Shown piece by piece: positions 9,772 through 20,426 of a stretch of 64,000 nt of DNA. The stretch lies in the NCBI GenBank assembly GCA_963727805.1, contig CAVSHF010000005.1, positions 704,001-768,000 on the forward strand. Reading direction: 5' to 3'. Under the pieces are notes generated by a model, which saw only the letters and a list, made by a program, of their open reading frames with translations, was not told where the DNA came from and made no database searches. A program made the position numbers and the translations under genes. The stretch is from an uncultured Nitrospiraceae bacterium. Lineage in GTDB: Bacteria; Nitrospirota; Thermodesulfovibrionia; Thermodesulfovibrionales; Dissulfurispiraceae. How positions within the stretch are numbered: position 1 is the stretch's first letter; every line of letters starts with the position of its first letter.

Positions 9772-10823
9772 TGCCTGTCCCCCGCACGTCTCATTGCAAG
9801 CCCGATAACCACAGCAGCTATGGGCGCGATATCCTTAACAACGGGCGCAACCTTTTCAGATATTCTGATTTTTTTGAAAACATCGGCTACTTCGACCGAA
9901 ATGCCGAGCCTCTCGGACATAAGGTGTGCAAATCCTTTGATAAGGGTTGCACCGCCGCTCAAAACAATGCCGTTAATGTCCTCATCTCCAACGTTGCTCC
10001 TGAAATACTCAAATGACCGATAGATTTCAGCGTAGATCTCATCAGAGGCACCGTTGATAATCTCGCGTGCAGATTCCTGCGATATTCCCTCCACAGCCTC
10101 CCCAAGCTTGACCCGCTCCGCTGAGTCCCTGGAAATATTCAGAGTTCTCTCAAGCGCTTCCGTATGGTAATTACTGCCGATGGCGGTGTCCCTCATAAAA
10201 ACGGGCTGCCCTTTTCTGAGGATGTTAATATTCGTTTTGCTCGCACCGATATTGACGAGAGCAACATTTTTTTTACCGGGGATTCCATAATTTGCCTCGT
10301 ACACATTTCCGATAGCAAAAGAATCGACATCGACGACTATCGGGCTCAACCCCGCTGTTTGGATAACATCAACATAGTCGCTCATCACGCTTTTTTTGAC
10401 AGCGACAAGCATGACGTCCATCATGCCTTCCTCATCGGATTCAGGGCTCAGAATCTCAAAATCAATATTAACATCCTTTATATCGAAAGGAATGTACTGC
10501 TCCGCTTCATACTTGATATTCAGGCTTAGTTCTTCTTCCGTGATGAGTGGGACTTTTATCACCTTTGTAATGACTGAGGAATGGCCCGAAAGTCCAATGA
10601 CTGTATCGGCCTTCTTAATTCCTGCTTGGTCAATCAATTCTCTGAGTGAATCAACAAGCTTTGCTTTATCAAGCACAAGACCATCGCCGATAATATCACG
10701 CTCAATAGGCAGCATACTAAAAAGCGTAAGCTCATAGCCTTCTTTCCCTGAATTGAGTTGGGCTATCTTCAAATATCGCGACCCTATATCTAGTCCTATA
10801 ATATTCTTTTTGCCTAATAGCAT
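9768..10823 (-). CDS. pilM: Type IV pilus assembly protein PilM
   Basis: IGLDIGS, EAEQYIPF, VNIGA and LSGG actin-like motifs. Confidence 0.95.
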   Translation of the reverse strand: MLLGKKNIIGLDIGSRYLKIAQLNSGKEGYELTLFSMLPIERDIIGDGLVLDKAKLVDSLRELIDQAGIKKADTVIGLSGHSSVITKVIKVPLITEEELSLNIKYEAEQYIPFDIKDVNIDFEILSPESDEEGMMDVMLVAVKKSVMSDYVDVIQTAGLSPIVVDVDSFAIGNVYEANYGIPGKKNVALVNIGASKTNINILRKGQPVFMRDTAIGSNYHTEALERTLNISRDSAERVKLGEAVEGISQESAREIINGASDEIYAEIYRSFEYFRSNVGDEDINGIVLSGGATLIKGFAHLMSERLGISVEVADVFKKIRISEKVAPVVKDIAPIAAVVIGLAMRRAGDRQ

Positions 10824-10829
10824 ATCGTA

Positions 10830-10858
10830 TATTTAGCAGAAATTATTTGATTTGTCAA
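10830..10858 (-). promoter_or_regulatory. Promoter of pilM, probably leaderless
   Basis: TTGACA-17-TAAATA (with TG extension), then 6 nt to the ATG; no SD. Confidence 0.55.
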
Positions 10859-10894
10859 GCATTTTATAACTCTATCGTCCATATGGGCTCACCT

Positions 10895-12691
10895 TTAAAT
10901 AGGCACACTTATTTTAATATTCAATTCTCTAAGTTGCTTCTGATCAACTGATGATGGGGCACCGCTCATCAGACAGACCGCTTTCTGCGTCTTGGGAAAT
11001 GCGATGACATCCCGTATCGATGCCGCCCCCACCATCAGCATTACCAACCTATCCAGGCCAATTGCAATACCCCCGTGCGGTGGCGCGCCGTACTGAAGCG
11101 CATCCAAAAGGAAGCCAAATTTCGAATACGCTTCATCATCGCTGATCCCGAGTATCTGGAACATCCTTCTCTGCACATCCTTCCGATGGATACGGATGCT
11201 ACCACCACCGACCTCGTACCCGTTGATTACAAGATCATATGCCTTTGCCATAAGCGAAGAGAGCAACTTCGAAGATCCCTTCATTGCAAATTCCACATCG
11301 GAGAGCTGCATCATCTTCTCGATATCTTCATCGGATGGCGAAGTAAAAGGATGATGCATTGCCGCATACCTTTTCTCTTCTTCATCCCATTCGAGAAGTG
11401 GAAATCCCGTTATCCATGAGAAATTAAATCCTTCACGGATAAGTTTGAGCTTTCTCCCAAGATCGAGCCGCATCCTCCCGAGAACATTATGAACTACACT
11501 CTCTGTGTCTGCAACAAAAAGAATCAGGTCACCCTCTTCTGCCCCGACTCGTTCCGCCATCTTCCTTAATATCTCCTCCGGGAAGAATTTCACGATGGGC
11601 GATTCAAACCCACTCTTCACTTTTATCCATGCGAGACCTTTTGCCCCAAGTTTTTTTGCATCCTCGGTAAGCGTGTCCACTTCTTTTCTCGAAAGGCCTG
11701 CCATCCCTTTTACGTTGATCGCTTTAACCCGCCCACCGGCATTGAGGGCATCGAGAAAGACTTTAAAGAAACTCGCGCGCGCAAGGTCGGCCATATCGAC
11801 AAGTTCCATGTCGAATCGTAAATCGGGCTTATCGCTTCCATACCGTTCCATAGCCTGCTTAAAGGATAGCACCATAAAGGGCTTATTTATTGTGATGCCC
11901 ATCACATCTTGGAAGAGTTTCCCCATCATTCCTTCGATGAGGCCCATGATTTCACCGCTGTCGGTGAATGACATCTCCATGTCCACTTGAGTAAATTCCG
12001 GCTGCCGGTCGGCCCTCAGGTCTTCGTCCCTAAAACATTTGACAACCTGGAAGTATCGCTCCATTCCTGATACCATAAGAATCTGTTTGAAAAGCTGCGG
12101 GGACTGCGGAAGTGCGAAGAAAAGCCCTGGGTTAAGCCGGCTTGGTACAAGATAGTCTCGCGCTCCTTCGGGCGTAGATTTCGTAAGCATGGGAGTTTCT
12201 ATCTCAAGGAAGCTCATCCCATCAAGATAATCCCTGATGCATTTGGCCACTTTGTGGCGCAGGATGAAATTGCGTTGAATTTCGGGTCTTCTCAGGTCGA
12301 GATAACGATGTTTTAAACGCAACATCTCTGATGCCTCTGCCGCCTCTTCGAGGGTAAAAGGAAGCACAGCCGCTTCATTCAGTACGGTTAATGTGTCTGC
12401 ATATATCTCCACCTTCCCTGTGGCAATGTCATCGTTTTCAGTCCCCGCCGGCCGGTGTCTCACTTCGCCGTGGACTGATATGACGAATTCGCTTCTGAGA
12501 CTATGAGCCAGCCGATGCGCCTCAGCTGAAACATCGGGATTAAAGACCACCTGGACAATACCGCTTCTGTCCCGCAGATCGACAAAGATCAGGCCGCCAT
12601 GGTCTCTCCTTCTAAAAACCCATCCAGCGAGATTGACCGAGGAACCAATTGCTGACTCCCTCAAATCTCCGCACCATTTATCTCGAACCAT
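10895..12691 (-). CDS. aspS: Aspartate--tRNA(Asp/Asn) ligase
   Basis: [54 protein letters not shown]. Confidence 0.97.
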   Translation of the reverse strand: MVRDKWCGDLRESAIGSSVNLAGWVFRRRDHGGLIFVDLRDRSGIVQVVFNPDVSAEAHRLAHSLRSEFVISVHGEVRHRPAGTENDDIATGKVEIYADTLTVLNEAAVLPFTLEEAAEASEMLRLKHRYLDLRRPEIQRNFILRHKVAKCIRDYLDGMSFLEIETPMLTKSTPEGARDYLVPSRLNPGLFFALPQSPQLFKQILMVSGMERYFQVVKCFRDEDLRADRQPEFTQVDMEMSFTDSGEIMGLIEGMMGKLFQDVMGITINKPFMVLSFKQAMERYGSDKPDLRFDMELVDMADLARASFFKVFLDALNAGGRVKAINVKGMAGLSRKEVDTLTEDAKKLGAKGLAWIKVKSGFESPIVKFFPEEILRKMAERVGAEEGDLILFVADTESVVHNVLGRMRLDLGRKLKLIREGFNFSWITGFPLLEWDEEEKRYAAMHHPFTSPSDEDIEKMMQLSDVEFAMKGSSKLLSSLMAKAYDLVINGYEVGGGSIRIHRKDVQRRMFQILGISDDEAYSKFGFLLDALQYGAPPHGGIAIGLDRLVMLMVGAASIRDVIAFPKTQKAVCLMSGAPSSVDQKQLRELNIKISVPI

Positions 12692-12717
12692 ATAACCTCC
12701 GTTTCGTATATACCTAT

Positions 12718-13443
12718 TTAAGGGGTCGGACCTATCTCTTTTTTTAATTCCCGTAATTCCCTTTCGGTCAATGGCCTCAGCTCTCCTATTTTGAGGCCGC
12801 TGAGTCTTATCCCATTGATGCTTACTCGCCTCAGCTTTAATGCTGGATGCCCAACTGCCTCAACCATCCTCCGAACTTGTCTCTTCTTCCCTTCGGTGAT
12901 CGCAATCTCGATCCATGAATTGTTTTCCGATTGCCTCGCGAACTTGACCTTAGCCGGCAAAGTCCGTCCATCCTCAAGCCTGACTCCCTGCCGGAGTTTA
13001 TTAATCTTGTTATCGTCGATGATTCCCTTAACCTTCACCATGTAAGTTTTGGGTATCTTTCTCGATGGATGAAGCACGGCATTTGTAAAATCGCCGTCAT
13101 TGGTGAGAAACAAAAGGCCCTCGGAATCGAAATCGAGCCTCCCCACCGGAAAGACCCTGTATCGGATGCCCTTCAAATAATCCTTTATCGTAGGCCTCCC
13201 TTGGGGATCGGCAAGGGAAGTCACAACATTTCTGGGCTTATTGAACATCAGATATACCTTGGGCTCACGCCTTATGAGCAGTTTACCATCGACCTTGATG
13301 TGGTCCTTCGAAGGGTCCGCCTTCTCACCGATCAGTGCGATCTTGCCGTTAACAGTCACTCGCCCCTCGACAATTATCTCCTCCGCCTTTCTACGCGAGG
13401 CGATGCCCATCTGGGCGATAATTTTCTGAATTCGTTCTTCCAT
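12718..13443 (-). CDS. rluB: rRNA pseudouridine synthase (RluB/RsuA family)
   Basis: N-terminal S4 domain (ERIQK...SRRKAE), [21 protein letters not shown]. Confidence 0.88.
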   Translation of the reverse strand: MEERIQKIIAQMGIASRRKAEEIIVEGRVTVNGKIALIGEKADPSKDHIKVDGKLLIRREPKVYLMFNKPRNVVTSLADPQGRPTIKDYLKGIRYRVFPVGRLDFDSEGLLFLTNDGDFTNAVLHPSRKIPKTYMVKVKGIIDDNKINKLRQGVRLEDGRTLPAKVKFARQSENNSWIEIAITEGKKRQVRRMVEAVGHPALKLRRVSINGIRLSGLKIGELRPLTERELRELKKEIGPTP

Positions 13444-13462
13444 AAAGAACTGCTATGCTCTC

Positions 13463-14431
13463 CTATTTGATTTCGACATATGCTCGTTGACGCAAGCTCT
13501 TGATCCATGCTTTGTAATCTTTTTCGAACTTCTCGGCAAACAGTTTATCTTTTACAGCCTGCTTCAGTTCCGCAGGATTGTTATAGATCCTCGCGTTCTC
13601 GAGCAGAACGATATGCATCCCCCTGTCAGTCTTAAATGGTTCACTCACCTCGCCGGGCTTCAGCTTGGAGAGTGCGTCAAGAAACTCCCTAGAAAGGTCC
13701 GACTTATTCACAAAACCTAGGTCACCGCCGGCCTTTGCACTCGAATCATCCGAATATTTTCGGGCGGCATCAGCAAAGTTCTCTCCTGCCTTGATTCTTT
13801 CGTAAATAGTTCGCGCCTTCTCTTCGGACTGCCCGGGATCGTCAGTCTTTCTGACAAGGATATGACTGATCTTATAGCCTTCATCACCGGCTACCATCCC
13901 CTTGTTCTTCGCAAGGTAAGCATTCACCCCATCTTCGGTCAAGACGATCTTGCTTCTTACTTCAAAGTCAACAAGGCGATTAATGATAATCTGTTCAGAA
14001 AGCTTCTTTTTATACTCTTCCATGGTGAACCCTTCCGTCATGAGCGCATTAGTGAAGGCGGCATCGGTCATAGCATATTTTTCCCGGATGGCTGACATAG
14101 TCTTATTCACTTCGTCATCACTCGCATTTATGTTCGCCTTTCTTGCCTCCTGGAGTAGTATACGCATATCGATGAGATTTTCGAGAAAGACCATTTCGTT
14201 CTGCTTGAATATCTTGTGCCTTTCCGTCTCACTCATAGCCTTGACCGCCTGACTCGCATCGAACTCCATGGCCTTGTAAAGCTCGCTCCAGGTGATTACC
14301 TCCGAGTTAACCACAGCCACGACCTTGTCAAGCAGAATCGCGCTGCCGCTTGGTGAAAAGAGGCCAAGTCCTGCTATACAACTTATCACAGCAATTATAT
14401 TTATGCACAAAAACCTGAATCTTCTTCTCAT
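13463..14431 (-). CDS. SurA-like periplasmic peptidyl-prolyl isomerase/chaperone
   Basis: Signal peptide, DKVVAVVNSEVIT, parvulin motifs SHIL, GGDLG and GMHI; GGAGG before 14431. Confidence 0.88.
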   Translation of the reverse strand: MRRRFRFLCINIIAVISCIAGLGLFSPSGSAILLDKVVAVVNSEVITWSELYKAMEFDASQAVKAMSETERHKIFKQNEMVFLENLIDMRILLQEARKANINASDDEVNKTMSAIREKYAMTDAAFTNALMTEGFTMEEYKKKLSEQIIINRLVDFEVRSKIVLTEDGVNAYLAKNKGMVAGDEGYKISHILVRKTDDPGQSEEKARTIYERIKAGENFADAARKYSDDSSAKAGGDLGFVNKSDLSREFLDALSKLKPGEVSEPFKTDRGMHIVLLENARIYNNPAELKQAVKDKLFAEKFEKDYKAWIKSLRQRAYVEIK

Positions 14432-14494
14432 AATACCCTCCGCATAATGACGACACATACTGATTTCCTTTATTTTCGCTTCTTTCCGGTATAG

Positions 14495-15511
14495 TCAACA
14501 AATCCTCGGCAGCTGTTCTCCTGCAAGCATGTCGATAACTCGTGTCCCCCCGATGGTCGTCTTTAGAAGGACCATCCCCTTTTTTTTCGGATCATCTGCT
14601 GGGCCAATCTCGCCGATGACCGCAGCACCTGCACCAAGCGGATGCGCCCTTATCACCTTAAGGAGTTTTTCCGCACTATCAACAGGTACAATTGCCAACA
14701 GGATACCTTCATTTGCGATGTACAGCGGATCAAGTCCGAGTAGTTCACAAGCGCCCTTAACCCCATCGGGTATAGGCAGGATTTCTTCGTTGATGATGAT
14801 GGGTAAGCCGGACTCGATCGCAATTTCCTTGAGAGTCGTAGCGACACCTCCCCTGGTGGGGTCTCTCATCATCCGTATATTCTTTTCAAAGTTCAACATC
14901 AAATCCACCAGAGAGCATAACGCCGCCGTGTCGCTCAAAACAGGCGGATCGAAGGAGAGCCCATTTCTCTCTGACATTACGGCAACTCCGTGGTTCCCTA
15001 TCGCTCCGCTGATAATCACCTTGTCTCCGGATTTGATCCGTTCGGGGCCGAGAATAACGTCCGCTGGGACAGCGCCAATACCTGACGTTGTAATAAAAAT
15101 ACCGTCTCCCTTGCCCTTGTCAACGACCTTGGTATCTCCTGCCACTATCCTGACATTTGCCTTCTGGGCGGCATCGGCCATAGAGATTACAATACTCTTA
15201 AGCGAATCTAATGGGAACCCTTCTTCAATTACAAAGCCAGTCGAAAGATAGAGCGGCTTTGCCCCCACCATAGAAAGGTCGTTGACCGTCCCATTGACGG
15301 CCAGTTCCCCGATGTTGCCTCCCGGGAAAAAGAGAGGGGAAACTACATATGAATCGGTCGTAAAGGCGATCTTCCCGCCAGAGAGCGCGGCACTATCGAG
15401 GATCGCTGAATCGGCGAGCACCTGCATATCGAACCGAGGAGCAATATACTCCCTAATCAACTGGTGCATTAGCCTGCCGCCGCTGCCATGACCGAGTAAT
15501 ATCTTGTCCAT
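14495..15511 (-). CDS. hypE: Hydrogenase maturation protein HypE
   Basis: HGSGG, FTTDSYVVSPLFFPGGNIG, RDPTRGG, C-terminal EQLPRIC. Confidence 0.96.
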   Translation of the reverse strand: MDKILLGHGSGGRLMHQLIREYIAPRFDMQVLADSAILDSAALSGGKIAFTTDSYVVSPLFFPGGNIGELAVNGTVNDLSMVGAKPLYLSTGFVIEEGFPLDSLKSIVISMADAAQKANVRIVAGDTKVVDKGKGDGIFITTSGIGAVPADVILGPERIKSGDKVIISGAIGNHGVAVMSERNGLSFDPPVLSDTAALCSLVDLMLNFEKNIRMMRDPTRGGVATTLKEIAIESGLPIIINEEILPIPDGVKGACELLGLDPLYIANEGILLAIVPVDSAEKLLKVIRAHPLGAGAAVIGEIGPADDPKKKGMVLLKTTIGGTRVIDMLAGEQLPRIC

Positions 15512-15527
15512 TATTGCTCCTTTGTTA

Positions 15528-16472
15528 TTACGGATTAACTCTTACCACTTCCGATGGTGCGCTCTCTTGAACCGGCCCCAGCGCGGTCACATAATAGTAG
15601 GTCCTCACGCTCGCCGGATCATCCTCGACGAAGAGCGGAACAGGCACCGTCGCCACCGGTACATGTTCACCCGATGCCATTGCCCGATAGACCTTATACC
15701 CTTTGATCCACGTCTCCGCATTTTCCTTCCATGAAAGATATCCCTTGTTTTGCGACCTGACATATCTCAGATCGGTCGGCTTGGCCGGTATAAATGATTG
15801 TGGATTGACCTCCAAATCTGGAGAGGGGTCCCCTTCATTACGTATGGTTGATTCGACGATCGATCTGATCGAATAGAAGATAGGTCTTGAGACGTCTACT
15901 CCATCCCTGAAAAAAGGCTTGTCGAGAGGAGTAGCATTGAGCGGGGCCTGATACTTTCCTTTTTCAGCGCTCCGGTAAATATTATAGGTATTGCCATCTG
16001 CCCCTTTCTCCCACGTAATCTCAACAGCATCATTGGTCAGACGGTATGCCACTGCCTTGGGAGGATCGGGCAACTGGAGGGGCATTACCTTCAGTTCCAG
16101 CGAATCATCGCTGATGATGTTTCTCATGCTGTAAACTCGTATTTTGTAACGATACCCCTTGTTTATTTCAAAGTGGTTATCACTATACTGCAAGGAATCT
16201 CCCTGTAGAAAGGTTATCGTTTCGAACGGTAAACGTCCCTCGGCCCTCTCAACGTAAAAACCTTTTATCTCTACCTTTGCCTGCCGAAGATAGGACCATG
16301 AAATGATCACTTTGCCGTCACGATGCAACGCCCTCATCTGAGTAACTGCCGCGGGCTTTTCAAAGGATTTCATGGTCGGATTGCCTTTCTTGCCGCAGCC
16401 CGCGAATAAACAGAGACACGCGACACATAATAGCACTCGCCCCGATAGCTTCACTTTTTCCTTGGATATCAT
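15528..16472 (-). CDS. Lipoprotein with fibronectin type III-like repeats
   Basis: Lipobox LFAGC followed by GKKGNP; three repeats with ISW/ITW/LSW, YxVxR/YNIYR and Y-x-Y-like strands. Confidence 0.75.
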   Translation of the reverse strand: MISKEKVKLSGRVLLCVACLCLFAGCGKKGNPTMKSFEKPAAVTQMRALHRDGKVIISWSYLRQAKVEIKGFYVERAEGRLPFETITFLQGDSLQYSDNHFEINKGYRYKIRVYSMRNIISDDSLELKVMPLQLPDPPKAVAYRLTNDAVEITWEKGADGNTYNIYRSAEKGKYQAPLNATPLDKPFFRDGVDVSRPIFYSIRSIVESTIRNEGDPSPDLEVNPQSFIPAKPTDLRYVRSQNKGYLSWKENAETWIKGYKVYRAMASGEHVPVATVPVPLFVEDDPASVRTYYYVTALGPVQESAPSEVVRVNP

Positions 16473-16481
16473 AATTGATGT

Positions 16482-17861
16482 CTAAGACCTGAGCCTTTTC
16501 CTGAGGCGAGCGATCTGCTCCTGCACCATTTCTGGTGCAGTCCCGCCAAAGGAATTTCGTGCCCCGACCGACGCGCGTGCATCGACGCAGCTGTATATGT
16601 CGTTTCCGATCAGGGAGGAATAAGAACTGTATTCTTCAAGCGTTAATTCTGTCAATGTCTTGCCCTTGTCCATCGCATACCGGACGATCTTGCCAGTAAT
16701 CTCATGCGCCTGCCTGAACGGGACACCCCGGCGAACGAGATATTCAGCGATGTCCGTCGCAGTCGAATATGCCGCTCCGGCGCTGCTTTCCATTTTCTTG
16801 TTTTGAAAAGTCACGCCGCCGAGCATCTCGCAGAGGATAGTCAGCGTAGCACGTACGGTATCTGATGTATCAAAAAGCGGCTCCTTATCCTCCTGCATAT
16901 CCCGATTGTATGACAGAGGAAGACCCTTCATAAGGGTCAGGAGGCTTACTAGATTGCCGTAGACCCGTGCAGTCTTGCCGCGCATAAGTTCCGCAACATC
17001 GGGGTTCTTCTTCTGAGGCATGATGCTCGACCCGGTGGTATAGGCTTCGGAGATATCGATAAAGGAATATTCCTCTGATGACCAGAGGACCAGCTCTTCA
17101 GCCAGCCGGGATATATGCATCATCAGGAGGGCGGAGCAAAAAAGGAATTCGATGAGTGCGTCACGATCAGCCACCGAATCCATACTGTTTTCCGACACGC
17201 GGTCAAATTTAAGAAGTGCCGCTACATACGCGCGGTCAATCGGCAAGGAGGTTCCTGCGAGCGCGCAGGCACCAAGGGGGAGAACGTTAATTCGTATCAG
17301 GGCATCAGCATATCTCTCCCTGTCACGCTCGAACATCTGAGCATAGGCCATCAGGTGGTGAGAAAGCAGGACCGGTTGAGCCCTTTGTGTGTGGGTATAG
17401 CCCGGCATGATGACGCCGAGATTCAGTTCTGCAGTATCTGCAAGCTTTTTTTCGAGTGCCCGCAGCAGTCCGAGTATTTCATTTGTCTCAGCCCTCAAAT
17501 AGAGCCTGACATCAAGCGCGATCTGATCGTTACGTGACCGTGCCGTATGGAGTTTCCCGCCGATATCACCGATCTTCTGAATGAGGGCCGTTTCGATGTT
17601 CATATGGATATCTTCAAGTTCTTCCCTAAAAACGAACCTGCCCTCGTCGATCTCCTTATATATCTCCTTCAATCCTTTGACGATAAGGTCGCTCTCTTTT
17701 TTTGTAATAATTCCCTGTCTGGCGAGCATGCGTGCGTGGGCAATCGAACCTTCGATATCATACTTCCAGAGCCTCCGATCAAAAGAAATCGACTCGGTGT
17801 ATTTCTCCACGCTCTTAGAGGTTGGCTTAGTAAATCTGCCCGCCCAAGGTTTTTTTGCCAT
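16482..17861 (-). CDS. argH: Argininosuccinate lyase
   Basis: WAGRF, LHTARSRNDQ, GSSIMPQKKNPD, YNRDMQEDKE. Confidence 0.97.
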   Translation of the reverse strand: MAKKPWAGRFTKPTSKSVEKYTESISFDRRLWKYDIEGSIAHARMLARQGIITKKESDLIVKGLKEIYKEIDEGRFVFREELEDIHMNIETALIQKIGDIGGKLHTARSRNDQIALDVRLYLRAETNEILGLLRALEKKLADTAELNLGVIMPGYTHTQRAQPVLLSHHLMAYAQMFERDRERYADALIRINVLPLGACALAGTSLPIDRAYVAALLKFDRVSENSMDSVADRDALIEFLFCSALLMMHISRLAEELVLWSSEEYSFIDISEAYTTGSSIMPQKKNPDVAELMRGKTARVYGNLVSLLTLMKGLPLSYNRDMQEDKEPLFDTSDTVRATLTILCEMLGGVTFQNKKMESSAGAAYSTATDIAEYLVRRGVPFRQAHEITGKIVRYAMDKGKTLTELTLEEYSSYSSLIGNDIYSCVDARASVGARNSFGGTAPEMVQEQIARLRKRLRS

Positions 17862-19963
17862 CAGTGCTCCTCTTCCTTAAGCTTTTCACGTTCAGCTATA
17901 AGCTTCTGTGTCAGGTGAGCCGGCAGTTCCTCGTAATGCGAAAACTCCATAGAATAGAGTCCTCTGCCTGAAGTCATACTCTGGAGCTGGTTCGCATAAA
18001 CAAGCATCTCGGACATCGGCACAAGCGAGAGAATCTTCTGATTTCCCCCGGCCTGGGGTTCAACTCCCTGGACCTTTCCCCTCTTTGAGTTCAGATCGCC
18101 AATTACCGCACCGAGGTTATCGTCGGGCACAGTAACCTCCACTTTCATTATCGGCTCGAGGACTACCGGCTTTGCGTCCTGCACGGCCTTCTGCAGTGCC
18201 ATCGAGCCGGCAATCTTGAATGCCATTTCAGACGAATCGACAGAGTGGTAGGAACCGTCCGTAAGCGTGACCTTTACATCGACCATCGGGTAGCCAGCGA
18301 TAAGGCCCTCTTTCAATTTTTCGATAATACCCTTTTCTACAGCTGGTCGATACTGCTGAGGTATAACGCCGCCAACAATCTTATCAACAAACTCAAAGCC
18401 TCCTCCCCTCGGAAGGGGCTCAAACTCTATCCAACAGTCACCGAACTGACCGCGGCCGCCAGACTGTTTCTTATATCTTCCCTGTGCCCTAGTGCGTGCC
18501 TTAATAGTTTCCCTGTAGGCTATCTTCGGCGTCTTCATGACGACTTCGACGCCGAATTTCCGCTTAAGCTTATCGAGTGCAACTTCGAGGTGTACCTGCC
18601 CCATGCCCGAAAGGATCATCTCCTTGGACTCCTCGTCTCTCGTGAACCGGATGGTCGGGTCTTCCTCAAGTATCCTATGCAGTCCTGTGCTCACCTTGTC
18701 CTCGTCCCCCTTCGTCCTTGGGGCTATTGCATAGGATATTATCGGCTCGGCAAACTTTACCTTCGGTAGAACTAGGGGATGATGCTCCTCGCACAGAGTA
18801 TCACCAACATTCGTATCCTTAAGCTTGACCACCGCAGCAATCTCACCTGCCCCGACGGATTGCACCGGGACATGTTTTTTCCCGATAAGGTAAAAAACCT
18901 GGCCGATCCTCTCTTTTGTGCCCGATGATGCGTTTAAGATCGTTGAATCGGCCCTCAGTATACCCGAATATACCCTGAAGATAGAAAGCTTTCCCGCAAA
19001 CGGATCCGCTATGGTTTTGAAGACATAGGCGGTAAGAGGGTCGGTTGTAGTCGGCTTCCTGTCTATCTCTTTGCTGTCCTTAGGATTGATGCCTCTTATC
19101 GGGGAAATCCTGCTCATCTCTTCCGGTGTCGGCAGGCACATGAGCATTGTGTCCATAAGCTGGAGCACGCCAATATTCAGAGTCGCCGATCCGCAGGCCA
19201 CGGGAATGAATCTCCGCGTGAGGGAGGCTTCCTTGATCCCTTTCAATATTTCATCCGGAGTCAGTTCTCCGCCTTCGAGATACTTCTCAAGGAGGGAGTC
19301 GTCAGCCTCGGCAATTTTCTCGACAAGCTTTTTCCGGTAATCTTCTGCGATGCCTTTTAGATCCTCAGGAATATCGGATTCATTCGTTTTTCCACCCTGA
19401 GCATCCTTGTATAGGTAAGCCTTCATGGCAATGAGGTCGACGACACCCTTGAAGCTCTCACCCAAGCCGATTGGGATATACAGGGGGATCGCCTCCTGTT
19501 CAAAGGATTTCTCAAGCTCGCTGAGAGCGTTGGAAAAATCGGCAGCCTCCTTATCAAGCTTGCTGATAAAGACAATCCTCGGGACCTCAAATTCGCAAGC
19601 GTACTTCCATATTTTTTCCGTTTCGGCCTTCACTCCGGAAATCGCGCTCACAATGACAACCGCGCCATCAGCGACTCTGAGACATCCCCTCGTATCCTCT
19701 ATAAAATTGATAAAGCCCGGGGTGTCAATAAGATTGAAACGAGTATCCTTCCAGTCGCAGAAGGCGACAGCGGAGCTGACACTTATTTTTCGGTCGATCT
19801 CCTCTGCCTCGAAATCCATCGCGGTATTGCCGGCTTCAACCGTCCCGGCTCTATCAATTGCACCGGCGTTGAAAAGAATTGACTCAGACAACGATGTCTT
19901 CCCTGCCCCGCTGTGGGCCACGATCGCTATGTTTCTGATGTGTGCAGCATCCAGTTTTACCAT
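17861..19963 (-). CDS. Elongation factor G paralogue (EF-G2 / FusA2)
   Basis: Full EF-G domain layout with divergent G motifs: AHSGAGKTS, RKISV, DTPGFINF, SKLD; KQSGGRGQFG and DGSYHSVDSS conserved. Confidence 0.92.
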   Translation of the reverse strand: MVKLDAAHIRNIAIVAHSGAGKTSLSESILFNAGAIDRAGTVEAGNTAMDFEAEEIDRKISVSSAVAFCDWKDTRFNLIDTPGFINFIEDTRGCLRVADGAVVIVSAISGVKAETEKIWKYACEFEVPRIVFISKLDKEAADFSNALSELEKSFEQEAIPLYIPIGLGESFKGVVDLIAMKAYLYKDAQGGKTNESDIPEDLKGIAEDYRKKLVEKIAEADDSLLEKYLEGGELTPDEILKGIKEASLTRRFIPVACGSATLNIGVLQLMDTMLMCLPTPEEMSRISPIRGINPKDSKEIDRKPTTTDPLTAYVFKTIADPFAGKLSIFRVYSGILRADSTILNASSGTKERIGQVFYLIGKKHVPVQSVGAGEIAAVVKLKDTNVGDTLCEEHHPLVLPKVKFAEPIISYAIAPRTKGDEDKVSTGLHRILEEDPTIRFTRDEESKEMILSGMGQVHLEVALDKLKRKFGVEVVMKTPKIAYRETIKARTRAQGRYKKQSGGRGQFGDCWIEFEPLPRGGGFEFVDKIVGGVIPQQYRPAVEKGIIEKLKEGLIAGYPMVDVKVTLTDGSYHSVDSSEMAFKIAGSMALQKAVQDAKPVVLEPIMKVEVTVPDDNLGAVIGDLNSKRGKVQGVEPQAGGNQKILSLVPMSEMLVYANQLQSMTSGRGLYSMEFSHYEELPAHLTQKLIAEREKLKEEEH

Positions 19964-19983
19964 AGAACTACCCCCTCCGTTAT

Positions 19984-20421
19984 TTAATGTCCTTTTTGCA
20001 TTATTTCTTCGATTACCGGGACCAATTCCTTCTTTTTTTCGAACTTCTTGATAAACAGCTTTACCCCGGCGAATGACGCGATCATTAATCCGAAACCGGC
20101 TATAGCAGAAAGCAGGTCGGCGTCGACGAACAGGAAGAATTCCTTCAAATACTCCTTGCCGATAATAACCCCCACAACCAGAGAAAGTGCCGGTATCCCG
20201 TACATCAGAAGCGTTCCTTTTAAGTAGGTGAACGCCTTGAAAGAAATCTTCACGGTATCGCCGGCTTCTGCATGGACCGCATTATAAGCCTCAATCTCGG
20301 TACCACTCCGGGTAACCTTGCATGACGAGCCAGACGCGCATGCATCGCATGCACTCTGTCTTTTTACCATAACGATTGCCTTCGGACCGTCAGCTTCTTT
20401 TACAACTCCGATCTCTTCCAT
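19984..20421 (-). CDS. RseC/MucC-family membrane protein
   Basis: MEEIGVV...SACDAC...C N-terminus and two TM helices (YGIP). Confidence 0.85.
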   Translation of the reverse strand: MEEIGVVKEADGPKAIVMVKRQSACDACASGSSCKVTRSGTEIEAYNAVHAEAGDTVKISFKAFTYLKGTLLMYGIPALSLVVGVIIGKEYLKEFFLFVDADLLSAIAGFGLMIASFAGVKLFIKKFEKKKELVPVIEEIMQKGH

Positions 20422-20426
20422 ATAAT

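Noticed and set aside
14529..15251. 240-aa plus-strand ORF
   Set aside because: Antisense shadow of hypE with no recognisable motifs.
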